A DNA stretch of 64,000 nucleotides from Octopus vulgaris (Eukaryota), in contig OX597824.1 of assembly GCA_951406725.2 (NCBI GenBank), forward strand, positions 24,738,001 through 24,802,000, read 5' to 3'. Under the pieces are notes generated by a model, which saw nothing but the letters and a program-made list of their open reading frames with translations, was not told the DNA's origin and made no database searches. This document shows, piece after piece, positions 42,806 through 56,159 of the stretch. Every line of letters starts with the position of its first letter. Positions within the stretch are counted from its first letter, which is position 1. The translations under genes and the position numbers were made by a program.

Positions 42806-43170
42806 ATTATACTTCAGTGCTTGCGTCTGGTGTGTTTGGGTTAGAGTGGAGGGTTTTTTGTTTACCTTTTGGAAGAATGGGCTTGTGAGGGCGTTGTGTG
42901 TGTGTGTGGGGGGGGGGTGATGGTGGTTTAGGTACGATTAGAATTGGACCGGAGAAGCATGACCATGACACAGCAGAAACACGATGGTTACACGGCGATT
43001 GCACGATGGTTTACGCGGCAGACGGGGTCCTAAATAAGACATCAGAGTCACGAGACCGATCCGTGTTGCAATCGGATGAAAATTTTTGTTTACCTAATTG
43101 TGATTGCTACAGATGAGAGAAATCAATGCCAACACAAACACACACACATATACACACGAACACAAATGGA

Positions 43171-43554
43171 TGGAAGCACTCCGTCGGTTACGACGACGAG
43201 GGTTCCGGTTGTTCCGAATCAACGGAACAGCCTGCTCGTGAAATTAACGTGCAAGTGACTGAGCACTCCACAGACACGTGTACCCTTAACGTAGTTCTCG
43301 GGGATATTCAGCGTGACACAGAGAGTGACAAGGCTGGCCCCTTGAAATACAGGTAAAACAGAAACAGGAAGTAAGAGTGAGAGAAAGTTGTGGTGAAAGA
43401 GTACAGCAGGGATCACCACCATCCCCTGTCGGAGCCTCGTGGAGCTTTTAGGTGTTTTCGCTCAATATACACTCACAACGCCCGGTCTGGGAATCGAAAC
43501 CGCGATCCTATGACCGCGAGTCCGCTGCCCTAACCACTGGGCCATTGCGCCTCC
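43171..43554 (-). mobile_element. SINE family B, tail type 1
   Basis: Near-identical to the other type 1 copies. Confidence 0.92.
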
Positions 43555-43686
43555 TGGTGATAATAATGGTGGTGATGAATAAGATGGTGGTGGTGGTGGT
43601 GGTGGTGGTAGCGTTGCTGTCAGTGATGAGGATGCCGTTGGTGTTGTTCTTAATGTTGCAAGTGGTGTTAGTATTGCTGTTGCTGT

Positions 43687-44040
43687 TGAGCGAACGGTCT
43701 TCGTCCCAGAGCTCGCAAGATGGGAGAAGTCCGAAACGTGGTCCTTTGCTATTCGTAAGACCCGCAGAAGAGAAAGCAGGTCAACCCCCGTCACCGAGAG
43801 CATCGACGGATGGACGAATGCGCATCCAGGCTCAGCGGTTGCGTAGGAAGTCGGGGACAAGAAACAGGAAGAAAGAGTGAGAGAAAGCTGGAGCGAAAGA
43901 GTACAACAGGGGTCGCCACCACCCCCTGCCGGAGCCTAGTGGAGCTTTAGGTATTTTCGCTCAATAAACACACACAACGCCCGGTCTGGGAATCGAAACC
44001 GCGAGTCCGCTGCCCTAACCATTGGGCCATTGCGCCTCCA
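43687..44040 (-). mobile_element. SINE family B, tail type 4 (GC-rich, unique in window)
   Basis: Family B head up to CTTCCTGTTTCT, then a different ~175-nt tail; CTGTTG.TGTTG on both flanks. Confidence 0.8.
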
Positions 44041-44738
44041 CTGTTGTTGTTGTTGTTGACGATCGTGGTGGTGATATTTGTGTTGTCGATGGGTTTTTTC
44101 TACTACTGTTGTTGTTGTGTTGTTGTTGTTGTTGTTGTTGTTAATGGTGATGACGATGATGTCTTTTTGCTTTTTGTTATTGGTGTTACTGTTGGCGTGG
44201 AGGTGCATAGTTCAGTGGTAAGAGCGTCGAGCTCTCACAAATATGTGGTGGTGAGTTCGATTCCCAGACCGGGCTGTGTGTTGTGTTCTTGAGCAAGAAG
44301 CTTTATTTCACGTTGCTCCAGGTCACTCAGTTGTAAAGATGAGTTGTGACGTCACTGGTGCCAAGCTGTATCGACCTTTCCCTTTCCCTTGGACAACATC
44401 GGTGGCGTGGAGAGGGGGAAGCTGGTATCCAGGGGCGACTGCTTGGTCTTCAGTAAACAACCATGACTTGACTTGTGCCTCGGAGGGGGGACTTCATAGG
44501 TTCAATCCCATGGTCATACGTGACCGAAGGGGGGTCATTACTGATGGTATCGTAGCTGTTGCTGCTGCTGTAGTTGTTGTTGTTGTTGGTGGTGGTGGTG
44601 ATCGTGGTGGATGGAGTTTGTTTTGCTTTTGGTATCGTTGTTATTGTTATAGTTGTTGTTGTTGTTGGTGGTGGTGGTTGTGGTAGTGATCGTGGTGGAG
44701 TTTGTTTTGGTTTTGGTGCTGCTGTTTTAGTTATAGAT

Positions 44739-44783
<45 letters not shown>

Positions 44784-44976
44784 GGTGGTGGTGGTGGTGG
44801 TGATGGCGTTTTGTGTTGAAAATAATTGAATTGGGTTACTACGTAAACTGTAATAATTTTTGCTCGAATTGTTCAATGATAATTGATAAGTATCGATGAT
44901 CAAAGTTTATTTTGATAGACAACGAGGATAATGATGATGATGACGACGACAACGACGACGATGATAATGATGATGA

Positions 44977-45010
<34 letters not shown>

Positions 45011-45324
45011 GGTGGTGATGGTGGTGGTGGTGGTGGTAGTGGTGGTGGTGGTGGTTGTGCCTATGTTAGTACATAGTATTATCAATCATTACTGATAGAA
45101 TGCTTGCATGATATAATATCCCCAATTCCCAGGAGAGGGAGAGGCATCGGCAAGTTTAAAGTGTTCCAAACACACCCTGTGTCATGACGGAGCCCTTACA
45201 ACTCTATCAGGGATTTGAGGCCCCAAGGATGGAAGAAACGTGATATATATTTCAATGCCAATACAGTACAATACATACATGCAAACACAGACGCATAAAC
45301 ACACATTCGTATATATGTATGTCA

Positions 45325-47202
45325 GTATTCAATTTAATTCAAGGTTTCTTGCCAATAGCGAAAGAACCGGTTTCTAACCTAGATACTTCATTGGAATTTC
45401 AACATCAACAACAGTGTATTTTTGTATGTATGTATGTATGTATTTATGTATGTGCAGATGTGTATGTTTTATTTTTTGTATTCTCATACATATAGTTATA
45501 TATCTACATATATATTTAAATGATAAACTTCTGGAAAGTTTTACAGCTTTTTACAGTTCCAGTGATGGACTGGATCTGTAGTCTTCGAATTAGCTTTCTC
45601 CTTTCTGGTTTTGAGAAACCTAATTCCTCAAGAATGGTATTTAGGCAGTGTGTTACATATCCTAGTGCCACAATAATTACAGGTATAAACCTGAACTTGT
45701 GATTTGGATTGAGTAACTGCAGATTTCTCAATAGTTCAGCATAGGTGTTCTGTTTTTCACTGATCTTCAGCTTTATGCTAATATCCACTGGGTAGCTAAT
45801 TTCCACAAATGTGCACAATTTCTCTTCTTATCCTAAATCATTATAGCAGGTCTGTTGTGCTTACATTTTATTGAGGTCTTCACTGGTACATTCCACCAGT
45901 ATTCCTTTTCACTATGAGTGACTATGACTTCTACCATATTGTGAGTTTTTATTTCTTTGTCCTCGGGATCATCCTTCCGATGGATTTCATTATAGAGTGT
46001 CCTAGCTACAACGTCATATCTCATTGGTAGATAATGCCGTGATGACATTTTCGGCCAACTGTTATGATGTGGGTGATATCTTCTGTGTGAACTCCACAAA
46101 GTCTGCATCGGTTGTAACATTTTAAGGCTTTTCCTGCATCTCTATCCCTTTTGTGCATTGGTACTTGGTTAACATTTCCTGTTCCTGGATAGCAAATGCA
46201 TACCCTTCAGAGTGGGAGGTAGTAATCCGGCTATTGGTCTATGATAAACCGCTTTGATGATCAATGTTTAGAGTCGTGCGAAATCTTTGGGCATGTATTC
46301 TAGGTTATCAGAGAAAGAGTGTTGCTCAAGGAGCTGTCTTCCTAGTCTTATGGTATTATCAGCCTCATGTATGCAAACTTGGTCAAAGGATGCACTTCGA
46401 CACTTGGGGGTTAAAAGATGTTGCCGAAGGGATATGATTCGACATTCAAAGGCATTTTGGATCGATGCTAAGCATCTGCCGTCTGGTTTTCGTTTTAGGT
46501 AGAGACGTTCTAAGATGTCACTGTTTATGTGGAAATTATGTGTACTTGTTAGTATTTTTCAGGTTTTCACGTCAATGGCTCGGATCTCATCAAGAGACCA
46601 ATCAAGGAGCATAAATGTTGGTACGAGTTTTTGGAAGCACTCCGTCGGTTACGACGACGAGGGTTCCGGTTGATCCGAATCAACGGAACAGCCTGCTCGT
46701 GAAATTAACGTGTAAGTGGCTGAGCACTCCACAGACACGTGTACCCTTAACGTAGTTCTCGGGGATATTCAGCGTGACACAGAGAGTGACAAGGCTGGCC
46801 CTTTGAAATACAGGTACAACAGAAACAGGAAGTAAGAGTGAGAGAAAGTTGTGGTGAAAGAGTACAGCAGGGATCACCACCATCCCCTGCCGGAGCCTCG
46901 TGAAGCTTTAGTGTTTTCGCTCAATAAACACTCACAACGCCCGGTCTGGGAATCGAAACCGCGATCCTATGACCGCGAGTCCGCTGCCCTAACCACTGGG
47001 CCATTGCGCCTCCATTGGTACGAGTACTGGTACTGCTAATACATTGTGGGCCATTGTTTTATTGAATGCAGAGACTTCTGAGGTCCAAATTTTCTTTATT
47101 CGGCTGTAATATTCTTTAATGACACGTGTTTTGTTACAGGTGCCATTGAAAGATATATTTTCATCCACCCCTAGATACCTATAACATGCCTCGTCAGATT
47201 CT
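45325..47202 (-). mobile_element. 5'-truncated RLE-type LINE (R4/Dong-like), decayed and interrupted by SINE B
   Basis: Late RT motifs YRYLGVDE, FNKTMAHNVLAVPVL and ERLYL; CCHC remnant followed by RYDVVAR; RLE motifs KHNRP(A/D)IMI, VEISYP, EKQNTY and IPVIIVALG. Multiple frameshifts. Confidence 0.88.
46632..47014 (-). mobile_element. SINE family B type 1 inserted in the LINE RT, 11-bp TSD
   Basis: TTGGTACGAGT at 46618-46628 and 47015-47025. Confidence 0.95.
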
Positions 47203-47857
47203 ATGTATGTATGTATGTATGTATGTATGTATGTATGTATGTATGTATGTATGTATGTATGTATGTATACATGCATGCATGCATGTATGTATGTATGTAT
47301 GTATGTATGTATGTATGTATGTATGTATGTATGTATGTATGTATGTATGTATGTATGTATGTGTGTGTATGTATGTATGCATGTATGTATGTATGTATGT
47401 ATGTATGTATGTATGTATGTATGTATGTATGTATGTATGTATGTGTGTGTGTGTATGTATGTATGTAAGCATGTATGTATGTTTGTATGTATGTATGTAT
47501 GCATGCATGTATGTATGTATGTATGTATGTATGTATGTATGTGTGTGTGTGTATGTATGTATGTAAGCATGTATGTATGTATGTATGTATGTATGTATGT
47601 ATGCATGCATGTATGTATGTATGTATGTATGTATGTATGTATGTATGTATGTATGCTTGTATTCTATGTATGTATGTATGTATGTATGTATGTATGTATG
47701 TATGTATGTATGTATGTATGTATGTATGTTTGTATTCTATGTATGTATGTATGTATGTATGTATGTATGTATGTATGCTTGTATTCTATGTATGTATGTA
47801 TGTATGTATGTATGTATGTATGTATGTATGTATGTATGTATGTATGTATGTATGTAT
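47202..47857. repeat. (TATG)n microsatellite
   Basis: Directly visible. Confidence 0.95.
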
Positions 47858-48145
47858 ACTTCGTTTTTAATGGGGAATTCGAAGTATCTAAAGCTATAAA
47901 TAATAGGTGCAAATATTGGTCGATAGAAAATATTCTGTAAAGATATCAAGCGATAGAAACAAACAAGCAGACAGACAGACGGACGGACGGACGGACATGT
48001 CTTTGTACTTATATATATGTATACATACAGACGAGCGTGCACATAATCATGTGCATGTACACAATCACATGCACTTAAACCTCCCCTCACACAGACACAG
48101 ACGCAAACACACGAGGACACTCACACATACACACACGCACGTGTG

Positions 48146-48147
<2 letters not shown>

Positions 48148-48193
<46 letters not shown>

Positions 48194-48234
48194 AAGACAG
48201 AGACAGACAGACAGATAGAAAGAGACAATGACAG

Positions 48235-48313
<79 letters not shown>

Positions 48314-48350
48314 GATAAAGAGAGAGAGACAGAGAGTCAGACAGACAGAC

Positions 48351-48421
<71 letters not shown>

Positions 48422-48470
48422 GATAAAGAGAGAGAGACAGAGAGTCAGACAGACAGACAGATAGATAAAC

Positions 48471-48547
<77 letters not shown>
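48148..48547. repeat. (GA)n/(GACA)n/(GATA)n compound microsatellite
   Basis: Directly visible. Confidence 0.95.
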
Positions 48548-49004
48548 CGCACCAGATGTGCGTTCACATGCATGTGCGATATAAGTGTTGAAAATAGGAT
48601 AAGTAGCTGAATAGATAAAACAGAACACCATTGTATAAGAGCGTTGTGTAAAAGTTCAGTCCTTGTAAAAAGGATAAAAAAATAAAATATTCGGTATCTA
48701 TGACTTCTAGGAAAAATAATAGAAGTTATAAGAAACTACGTGTCTTTTGAATATCATTTTTAAAATCTGTTATCTTTTACGTGTTTCAATTAATGGACTG
48801 CAGCCATGCTGGATCATCAACCTTGTAGAGTTTGAAGTCGGCTGAATCGCCCCGAATACATCTTGTTTTGTTTGTTTGTTTGTTTAAAGCCTGGTGCGTA
48901 TTCTATCGATCTCTTTTGTCGAATCGCTAGTTTATGGGGACATGCACAAACCAATACTGGTTGTCAAGCGATGGTGGTGGTGGGGGGGTGAAGCACAAGT
49001 ACAA

Positions 49005-49040
<36 letters not shown>

Positions 49041-49209
49041 ACACATACACACGCACACACACATACACGACGGGCGATTTTTGCAGTTTCCGTCTACCAA
49101 GTCCATTCACAAGGCTTTGGTCGGCCCGAGGTTATAGTAGAAGACACTTGCCCAAGGTACCAAGCATTAGGACTGAACCTTGGACCATGTGGTAGGGAAG
49201 CAAGCCTCT

Positions 49210-49873
49210 TATTTCTTTACTGCCCACAAGGGGCTACACACAGAGGGGACAAACAAGAACAGACAAGCGGATTAAGTCGATTATATCGACCCCAGTAAGG
49301 CGGCGAGCTGGCGGAAACGTTAGCACGCCGGGCGAAATGCGTAGCCGTATTTCGTCTGTCGTTACGTTGTGAGTTCCAATTCCGCCGAGGTCGACTTTGC
49401 CTTTCATCCCTTCGGGGTCGATAAGTTAAGTACCAGTTACGCACTGGGGTCGATGTAATCGACTTAATCCCTTTGTCTGTCTTTGTTTGTCACCTCTATG
49501 TTTAGCCCCTTGTGGGCAATAAAGAAATATATATCGACCCCAGTGCGTAACTGTTACTTATTTAATCGATCTCGAAAGGATGAAAGGCAAAGTCGACCTC
49601 GGCGGAATTTGAACTCAGGACGTAGCGGCAGACGAAATACTTATTTCTTTACTACCCACAAGGGGCTACACACAGAGGGGACAGACAAGAACAGACAAGC
49701 GGATTAAGTCGATTATATCGACCCCAGTGCGTAACTGGTACTTATTTAATCGACCCCGAAAGGATGAAAGGCAAAGTCGACCTCGGCGGAATTTGAACTC
49801 ACAAGGTAACGGCAGGCGAAATACCGCTAAGCATTTCGCCCGGCGTGCTAACGTTTCTGCCAGCTCGCCGCCT
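49210..49873. mobile_element. SINE family C minus-strand dimer with a plus-strand family C monomer (49297-49529) inserted in it
   Basis: TSD TATATCGACCCCAGT at 49282-49296 and 49530-49544; dimer junction at ~49630-49650. Confidence 0.9.
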
Positions 49874-49943
49874 TCAAAACCCTACACATTTGTTTCTCTC
49901 TTCGTTTTTCCGTTCTCTCTCCATGTTTTTTTTTTACTCTCAG

Positions 49944-49983
49944 TTCTTTCTGTCGAAGAGCGTAGGCTCGAAACGTCAAAGAA
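49944..49983 (+). ncRNA. Minimal type I hammerhead-like motif, family P1 (core variant CUGUCGA)
   Basis: TTCTTT-CTGTCGA-AGAGC GTAG GCTC-GAAA-C-GTC-AAAGAA: perfect 6-bp stem I, 4-bp stem II, ACGT palindrome in place of stem III, GUC site. Confidence 0.6.
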
Positions 49984-50858
49984 TTTTCCATTCTTCCCAG
50001 GCGTTAAGCTAATGCACCTGCTTGTCGTTCCCTCACCTGTCTTCGTCTTTTGTTCTCTGTAAATTTGAATTATATATATATGTGGGGGGGGGGGGCGTAT
50101 TTGTGTCACTGTGTGTGCGTCTTTGTGTCACTGTGTGTCTTTGTGTGAGTGTGTGTGTGTGTCTTTGCGTCACTGCATGTCTTGCTTCCTCTGCTTGACA
50201 ACCGGTGTTGCTGTGTTTACGTTCACGTAACTTAGATGTTCGGCAAATAATATCGATAGTGTAAGTATCACGCTTTAAAAACACAAGTACTGGGCTTGAA
50301 TCATTCGATTAAAATTTCTTCAAAGCGATGCTCCAGATAAGGCTGTAGTCTAATGACTGAAGCAAGTAAAAGATAGAAAATACAAAATATAACCCATAAA
50401 CAGTCTGGCGGTATAGAAGGTGAATTTATTTATTTAACCACTTGTAAACCTTGGGATTACAACCGTTTCGTAGCCTTCATCATGCAATCGTAATTTCACT
50501 GCATAATGAATTATTTTACATATCTGCACCAATATACAAGCTACGCATTGTTACGATACAATTGTACATTTACGTATCATTGCAGATAAAGAAGGTTTGT
50601 TCAGAGGTAATCAGAGCATCATGGCTACACCATTATAGATATTATATCATTTCACTCTCAATTTAACCTGTTTTGGGCTGCTTTGATAACATTCGGTTGT
50701 CATAAATTTTCAGATGTATCGGTTTGGCTTGTATTTTGCATTTTTTTTCTACATCTAAATATGCTGGCATAGCTGAAACGATCATCGGTAATGTTTGATT
50801 ACATCATACATAAAGATGAGGTTTTCTCCATTTTTGTTTATGTTGTTACACACGCATA

Positions 50859-51243
50859 TGGAGGCGCAATGGCCCAGTGGTTAGGGCAGCGGACTCGCGG
50901 TCATAGGATCGCGGTTTCGATTCCCAGACCGGGCGTTGTGAGTGTTTATTGAGCGAAAACACCTAAAAGCTCCACGAGGCTCCGGCAGGGGATGGTGGTG
51001 ATCCCTGCTGTACTCTTTCACCACAACTTTCTCTCACTCTTACTTCCTGTTTCTGTTGTACCTGTATTTCAAAGGGCCGGCCTTGTCACTCTCTGTGTCA
51101 CGCTGAATATCCCCGAGAACTACGTTAAGGGTACACGTGTCTGTAGAGTGCTCAGCCACTTACACGTTAATTTCACGAGCAGGCTGTTCCGTTGATTCGG
51201 ATCAACCGGAACCCACGTCGTCGTAACCGACGGAGTGCTTCCA
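50859..51243 (+). mobile_element. SINE family B type 1, full length
   Basis: TGGAGGCGCAATGGCCCAGTGGTTAGGGC...GGAGTGCTTCCA; ACACACGCATA on both flanks. Confidence 0.93.
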
Positions 51244-51925
51244 CACACACGCATACACACGCATATAACGGCGGGTCTGGCAAATCTCACTTACAAAAGT
51301 TTTGGTCAACCCAAAGCTGTAAAAGAAACGTATATGCTGCAATCATTAGAACCATATTGGCCAAGAGACAAAATTGATCAAAAACATTCTTGGCAACATC
51401 AAATATGTCGAAAAATAAGCTTTCAACGTGTATAATAAGTTTTTAGACAATGATCTTAAACGTCCCACTTATCTAGACGAACCCAGAACCACAGGATTGA
51501 TAACTGTATGTTAAGATGTGATATTTTAACTACCCATCCATGACTGCATCCAGAGATAAACATACCTGCTTACTTAAGCCCTATCGAGTATAGGCAATCA
51601 ACGACGTTTCACCACTCAATTCAAGGCTGTTATATTTGCTTCCCTCCAATCACTGCTTTCATTCGAGGTTCCACTCAGATTTTATTGTACCACGTAATAT
51701 CTTGCCCTGAAGGGAAGGTCATCTTCTTCCAGGTCTTGTTGGTTTTGTGTTGTCATTGATTTTTCTGTAGCTTTGCGGTTATCTAGGTAGGGGTATTTGC
51801 CCAAAGCGAACCTACTTTATCTTTGGGAAGAGGTGATCCATGTTAGTCTGGTCGCAAAGTGGGACTGAACTTGAAACCACATGACTGTAAAGCGAACTTC
51901 TTAAACATACAGCTATGGCCCACGC

Positions 51926-51958
<33 letters not shown>

Positions 51959-52072
51959 GTGCTCTCCCTTTCTCACCCCTTCTGCACACACATACACATA
52001 CACTCTCTCTCACTCTCTCACATGCACATACACACATATATGTAAAACGGTAGATACATATATGCATATATT

Positions 52073-52119
<47 letters not shown>

Positions 52120-52294
52120 CCAAGAAAAAAGTAACAAGAATGGATCAGAAGTTTAGTACAATTACTTTTTTCTTGGTTATAATCACCCCACATTATTTTA
52201 TGGTTAACACCATAAAGAATTCTGGTGCATCTAAGTTAAGTACCATATTCATTTGAATTCATTTGAATTCATTTGAATCTTAATTGTTTTGCTG

Positions 52295-52352
<58 letters not shown>

Positions 52353-52560
52353 TGTTTGTTGTTATATATGTATAAATATATTCAGATGCACTTATTATGT
52401 ACATGTATATATATTGACTTCTCACTTGTATTATTATCGAGCCAAGAGTCTGACTACGGTCCTCTTACACAGCACTTACATAGCCTTACCTGCCATCTCA
52501 TATATATATACATGCATACATACACAAACACACACACACACACACACACACAGACAATCA

Positions 52561-52619
<59 letters not shown>

Positions 52620-52743
52620 GAGAGCGGTATTGGTATCCAGAAGACCCAAGAGGGTATGTAAGTGCCATGTAAGAGGACCGCAGGTAGATTCTCGGTTCGA
52701 TAATAATACGAGTGATGAGTCTAATGCGGGTTTTGTGTATGTG

Positions 52744-53128
52744 TGGAAGCACTCCGTCGGTTACGACGACGAGGGTTCCGGTTGATCCGAATCAACGGAA
52801 CAGCCTGCTCGTGAAATTAACGTGTAAGTGGCTGAGCACTCCACAGACACGTGTACCCTTAACGTAGTTCTCGGGGATATTCAGCGTGACACAGAGAGTG
52901 ACAAGGCCGGCCCTTTGAAATACAGGTACAACAGAAACAGGAAGTAAGCGTGAGAGAAAGTTGTGGTGAAAGAGTACAGCAGGGATCACCACCATCCCCT
53001 GCCGGAGGCTCGTGGAGCTTTTATGTGTTTTCGCTCAATAAACACTCACAACGCCCGGTCTGGGAATCGAAACCGCGATCCTATGACCGCGAGTCCGCTG
53101 CCCTAACCACTGGGCCATTGCGCCTCCA
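52744..53128 (-). mobile_element. SINE family B type 1
   Basis: Near-identical to the other type 1 copies. Confidence 0.92.
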
Positions 53129-53143
53129 CTTTATGTATGTATA

Positions 53144-53453
53144 TGTTAAATAAAATGAGACAACAAAACCAAGGCTGTATGGAATTTATAGGACATTTAT
53201 AAAGAGAAAGATAGTTTTACAGCTTTTTCTGTGATATTAAGGATACCTCTTCATCAGACACAATATGAGAGAGTTAACTAGAGTTAACCCTTTAGTTATC
53301 GTCTCTGATGAAAGGATAGCCCTAATATCCCTGAAGCAGCTGTAAGACCTTTCTCTTTATAAATGTCCTAGAAATTCTCTCAGGGCCTTTCTCTTTATAA
53401 ATGTCCTAGAAATTCCACAGAGCTTTAGTTTTGTTGTCTCATTTTATTTAACA
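53144..53453. mobile_element. Fold-back element, family P3, with a hammerhead motif in each arm (53214-53261 minus; 53301-53348 plus)
   Basis: Ends TGTTAAATAAAATGAGACAACAAAAC / GTTTTGTTGTCTCATTTTATTTAACA. Plus arm reads GTCT-CTGATGA-AAGGATA..TATCCCT-GAAGC-AGCT-GTA-AGAC. Confidence 0.8.
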
Positions 53454-54138
53454 CACACAAGCACACACATACGTACATACACATATAAACAAATAGGTGT
53501 ATATTGGTATGCTTGTATGTATGTAATATTTATGTTTGTATGCATATTCACACGTGTGCCTTAAAACATTCGTCTGTTTCTATCTATCTATCTAACATGA
53601 CGAATCATATAATTGTGTCTTGGGAAAGGAGTGCTTTAAGTGCAGTCATATGATGAACATTAAATAATTGGTCAAAAGTATCGATAACGCAAACTTAAGA
53701 CAGGTCAACTATCAAATATTCATGTGTAAAACTTCATTCAACAAGTAGAAAATTATCTCTGATGCCGCTGATATGGAAATAAACAATGAACGGGGAATTA
53801 GTTGATAAGATTAACGGGATTGGTCCAATTGTTTAAAATGGCGATCATCACCGATATCTTTATCTGAACAAATATTGCATCATCAATGACCTGGTATGCA
53901 TGCTTCGTTCTGGAATGCTTATATAAAGATACATGCTGATACGCACACCCCGCCTCTCAAACACGCGCATATGTGTATTAATATATATATGTATGTATAT
54001 GTATATATGTATGTATATACAAATACATGATACATGTGTGCACGTGAGTGTGTGTGTTTACATTTGTATTTTTGTATTTATATACATATTCATATATTTG
54101 TATGCATATACGCAAGTGCATGTGCGTGTGTATGTTTG

Positions 54139-54250
<112 letters not shown>

Positions 54251-54376
54251 CATATGCATACACATAGGTAGATAAATTGATACATATATACATACATAAT
54301 GATATGTATCTATTCATCTAGAATTTTGCCAATCTATCTATCTATCTATCTAATTATATATCTGTCTCTCTCTCTG

Positions 54377-54431
<55 letters not shown>

Positions 54432-55012
54432 GTGTGTGTGTGTGGGCCAATAATGGCCGAAACCTATCAAAGTATCAAAGTATCAAAGTATATATATATA
54501 TATATATATATCACCTCTCGGCATTCTTCTCACTTCTACTATTTTTTTCTCTCCTACTATTTTTTCTCTTCTATTTTTTTTATATCCTTTCAAAATGTCT
54601 GCCAGGCATGTATCCATTACAATTCGTCTTGGCCTAACGGCCCTTAATAACTGTCTTCGTCGATTTTTAACTCTGTACGTCCACTCTGGTGTCGTTTGTT
54701 CGTTCGAAGCCCTAACTCTCCATAAATATTATATTTTAAAAATTTCTGGATATTGCTGTCTTATGAAATTTTCCTGTCTTGTCGTTGAAAGCTCGAAACA
54801 GCGAGTAATAAACAGTCGTCAACCGAGGAAGAGTTAGACTTCCTTTGGTATTTTGTCCTGTAGTTATATCTTTGTGTTTACGTATTTTTCACTCGTTGTA
54901 CTTAATGCATATTTTTTTTGTACTTATCTGTCGTGTGTATACGTATTTTTCATTCGCTGGTGATATCCAGTACTTAATGTGTATTTTTAATTATATATAT
55001 ATACATACATAC

Positions 55013-55048
<36 letters not shown>

Positions 55049-55316
55049 GTATGTATGTATACACACATATATATATATATATACGTTCATTTCCGTATGT
55101 GTAACTATGCATGTATGTATATATGTAATTACGTATCTATGTGTGTATGTATGTGCGCGTATATGTATACATTTTTGAGTGGCTGGAAGGATGAATATGT
55201 ATATTTTTACCTTCTTTTCTTTATTCCAGCCGTTAACCTGCAAATGTAATGCAATACACATTTTGCCCAATACGTATTTTAAAGTCTGGTCCTTATTCTA
55301 ATGATTTCTTCTTACA

Positions 55317-55358
<42 letters not shown>

Positions 55359-55596
55359 TTACACGACGTGTTCCAGCACCGTGTCATTTCGTTAAATAAC
55401 TCAGTTGGCTCAGAGCAATAGCAGGAGCCACCTTCTTAAAGTACCACGCAGTGCGCCTGAAACGGAAACAACGTGGTCTCAAACACATTCACACATAGGC
55501 ATATACGCACAGACAGCCATCCACATAGTGACACTTAGATACACACACATGTATGTGTATGTGTGTGTGAATATATATATATATATATATTCACAC

Positions 55597-55613
55597 AATT
55601 TTATCCTATATTA

Positions 55614-55687
<74 letters not shown>

Positions 55688-55704
55688 TAATATAGGATAA
55701 AATT
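55597..55704. repeat. Palindrome with (AT)n centre and ~22-bp unique arms
   Basis: AATTTTATCCTATATTAGATG-(TA)n-CATCTAATATAGGATAAAATT. Confidence 0.95.
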
Positions 55705-55857
55705 TTTCGAAAAAATTTGATCAGCATATTAAAAAATACCTTTAAAGGTTAAATTTATAAACATAACGTTTAATAAATGTTTATATATATATATATAGGA
55801 AGAGAGAGAAAGAGGGGGAGAGAGAATGTGAGTGATAGATAAATATACATGTACATA

Positions 55858-56155
55858 CAAGGGTTGGACAAAATAATGGAAACTCCTAGTATCATAGCAT
55901 CACAATTTTGAAATATCTATAAAACCGTCAAAAGCTTGTTTATTTTTATGTTTTATGATTTATTATTAGTGTTGCTTAATAAGTTTTGCTAAAATCGCTG
56001 TTTGTTTTGAGATATCATCAGAAAAGGGTAATTAAAATTTATTAAAATGACAGGTCTATCGGACTTTCAAAGAGGTCAATTTGCTGGTGCTCGTATTGCA
56101 GGCGCTAGCGTAACGAAAGCAGCTGAAATGTTTGGTGTATCAAGAAGTACTGTTT
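55858..56155 (+). mobile_element. Tc1-like transposon left end with truncated transposase
   Basis: TA followed by a CAAGGGTTGGACAAAATAATGGAAAC TIR-like start; MTGLSDFQRGQFAGARIAGASVTKAAEMFGVSRSTV is a Tc1 N-terminal HTH. Confidence 0.85.
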
Positions 56156-56159
56156 TAAC

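Noticed and set aside
42473-42920. Gly/Cys-rich ORF resembling a structural protein
   Set aside because: It is a (GGT)n microsatellite with TGT variants, open in all three frames.
43715-43750. GAAACGTGGTC as a hammerhead half in the SINE type 4 tail
   Set aside because: No CUGANGA core or supporting stems upstream.
50859-50935. tRNA gene candidates at SINE heads
   Set aside because: A and B boxes are present, but the acceptor stem is incomplete and each head continues into a SINE body.
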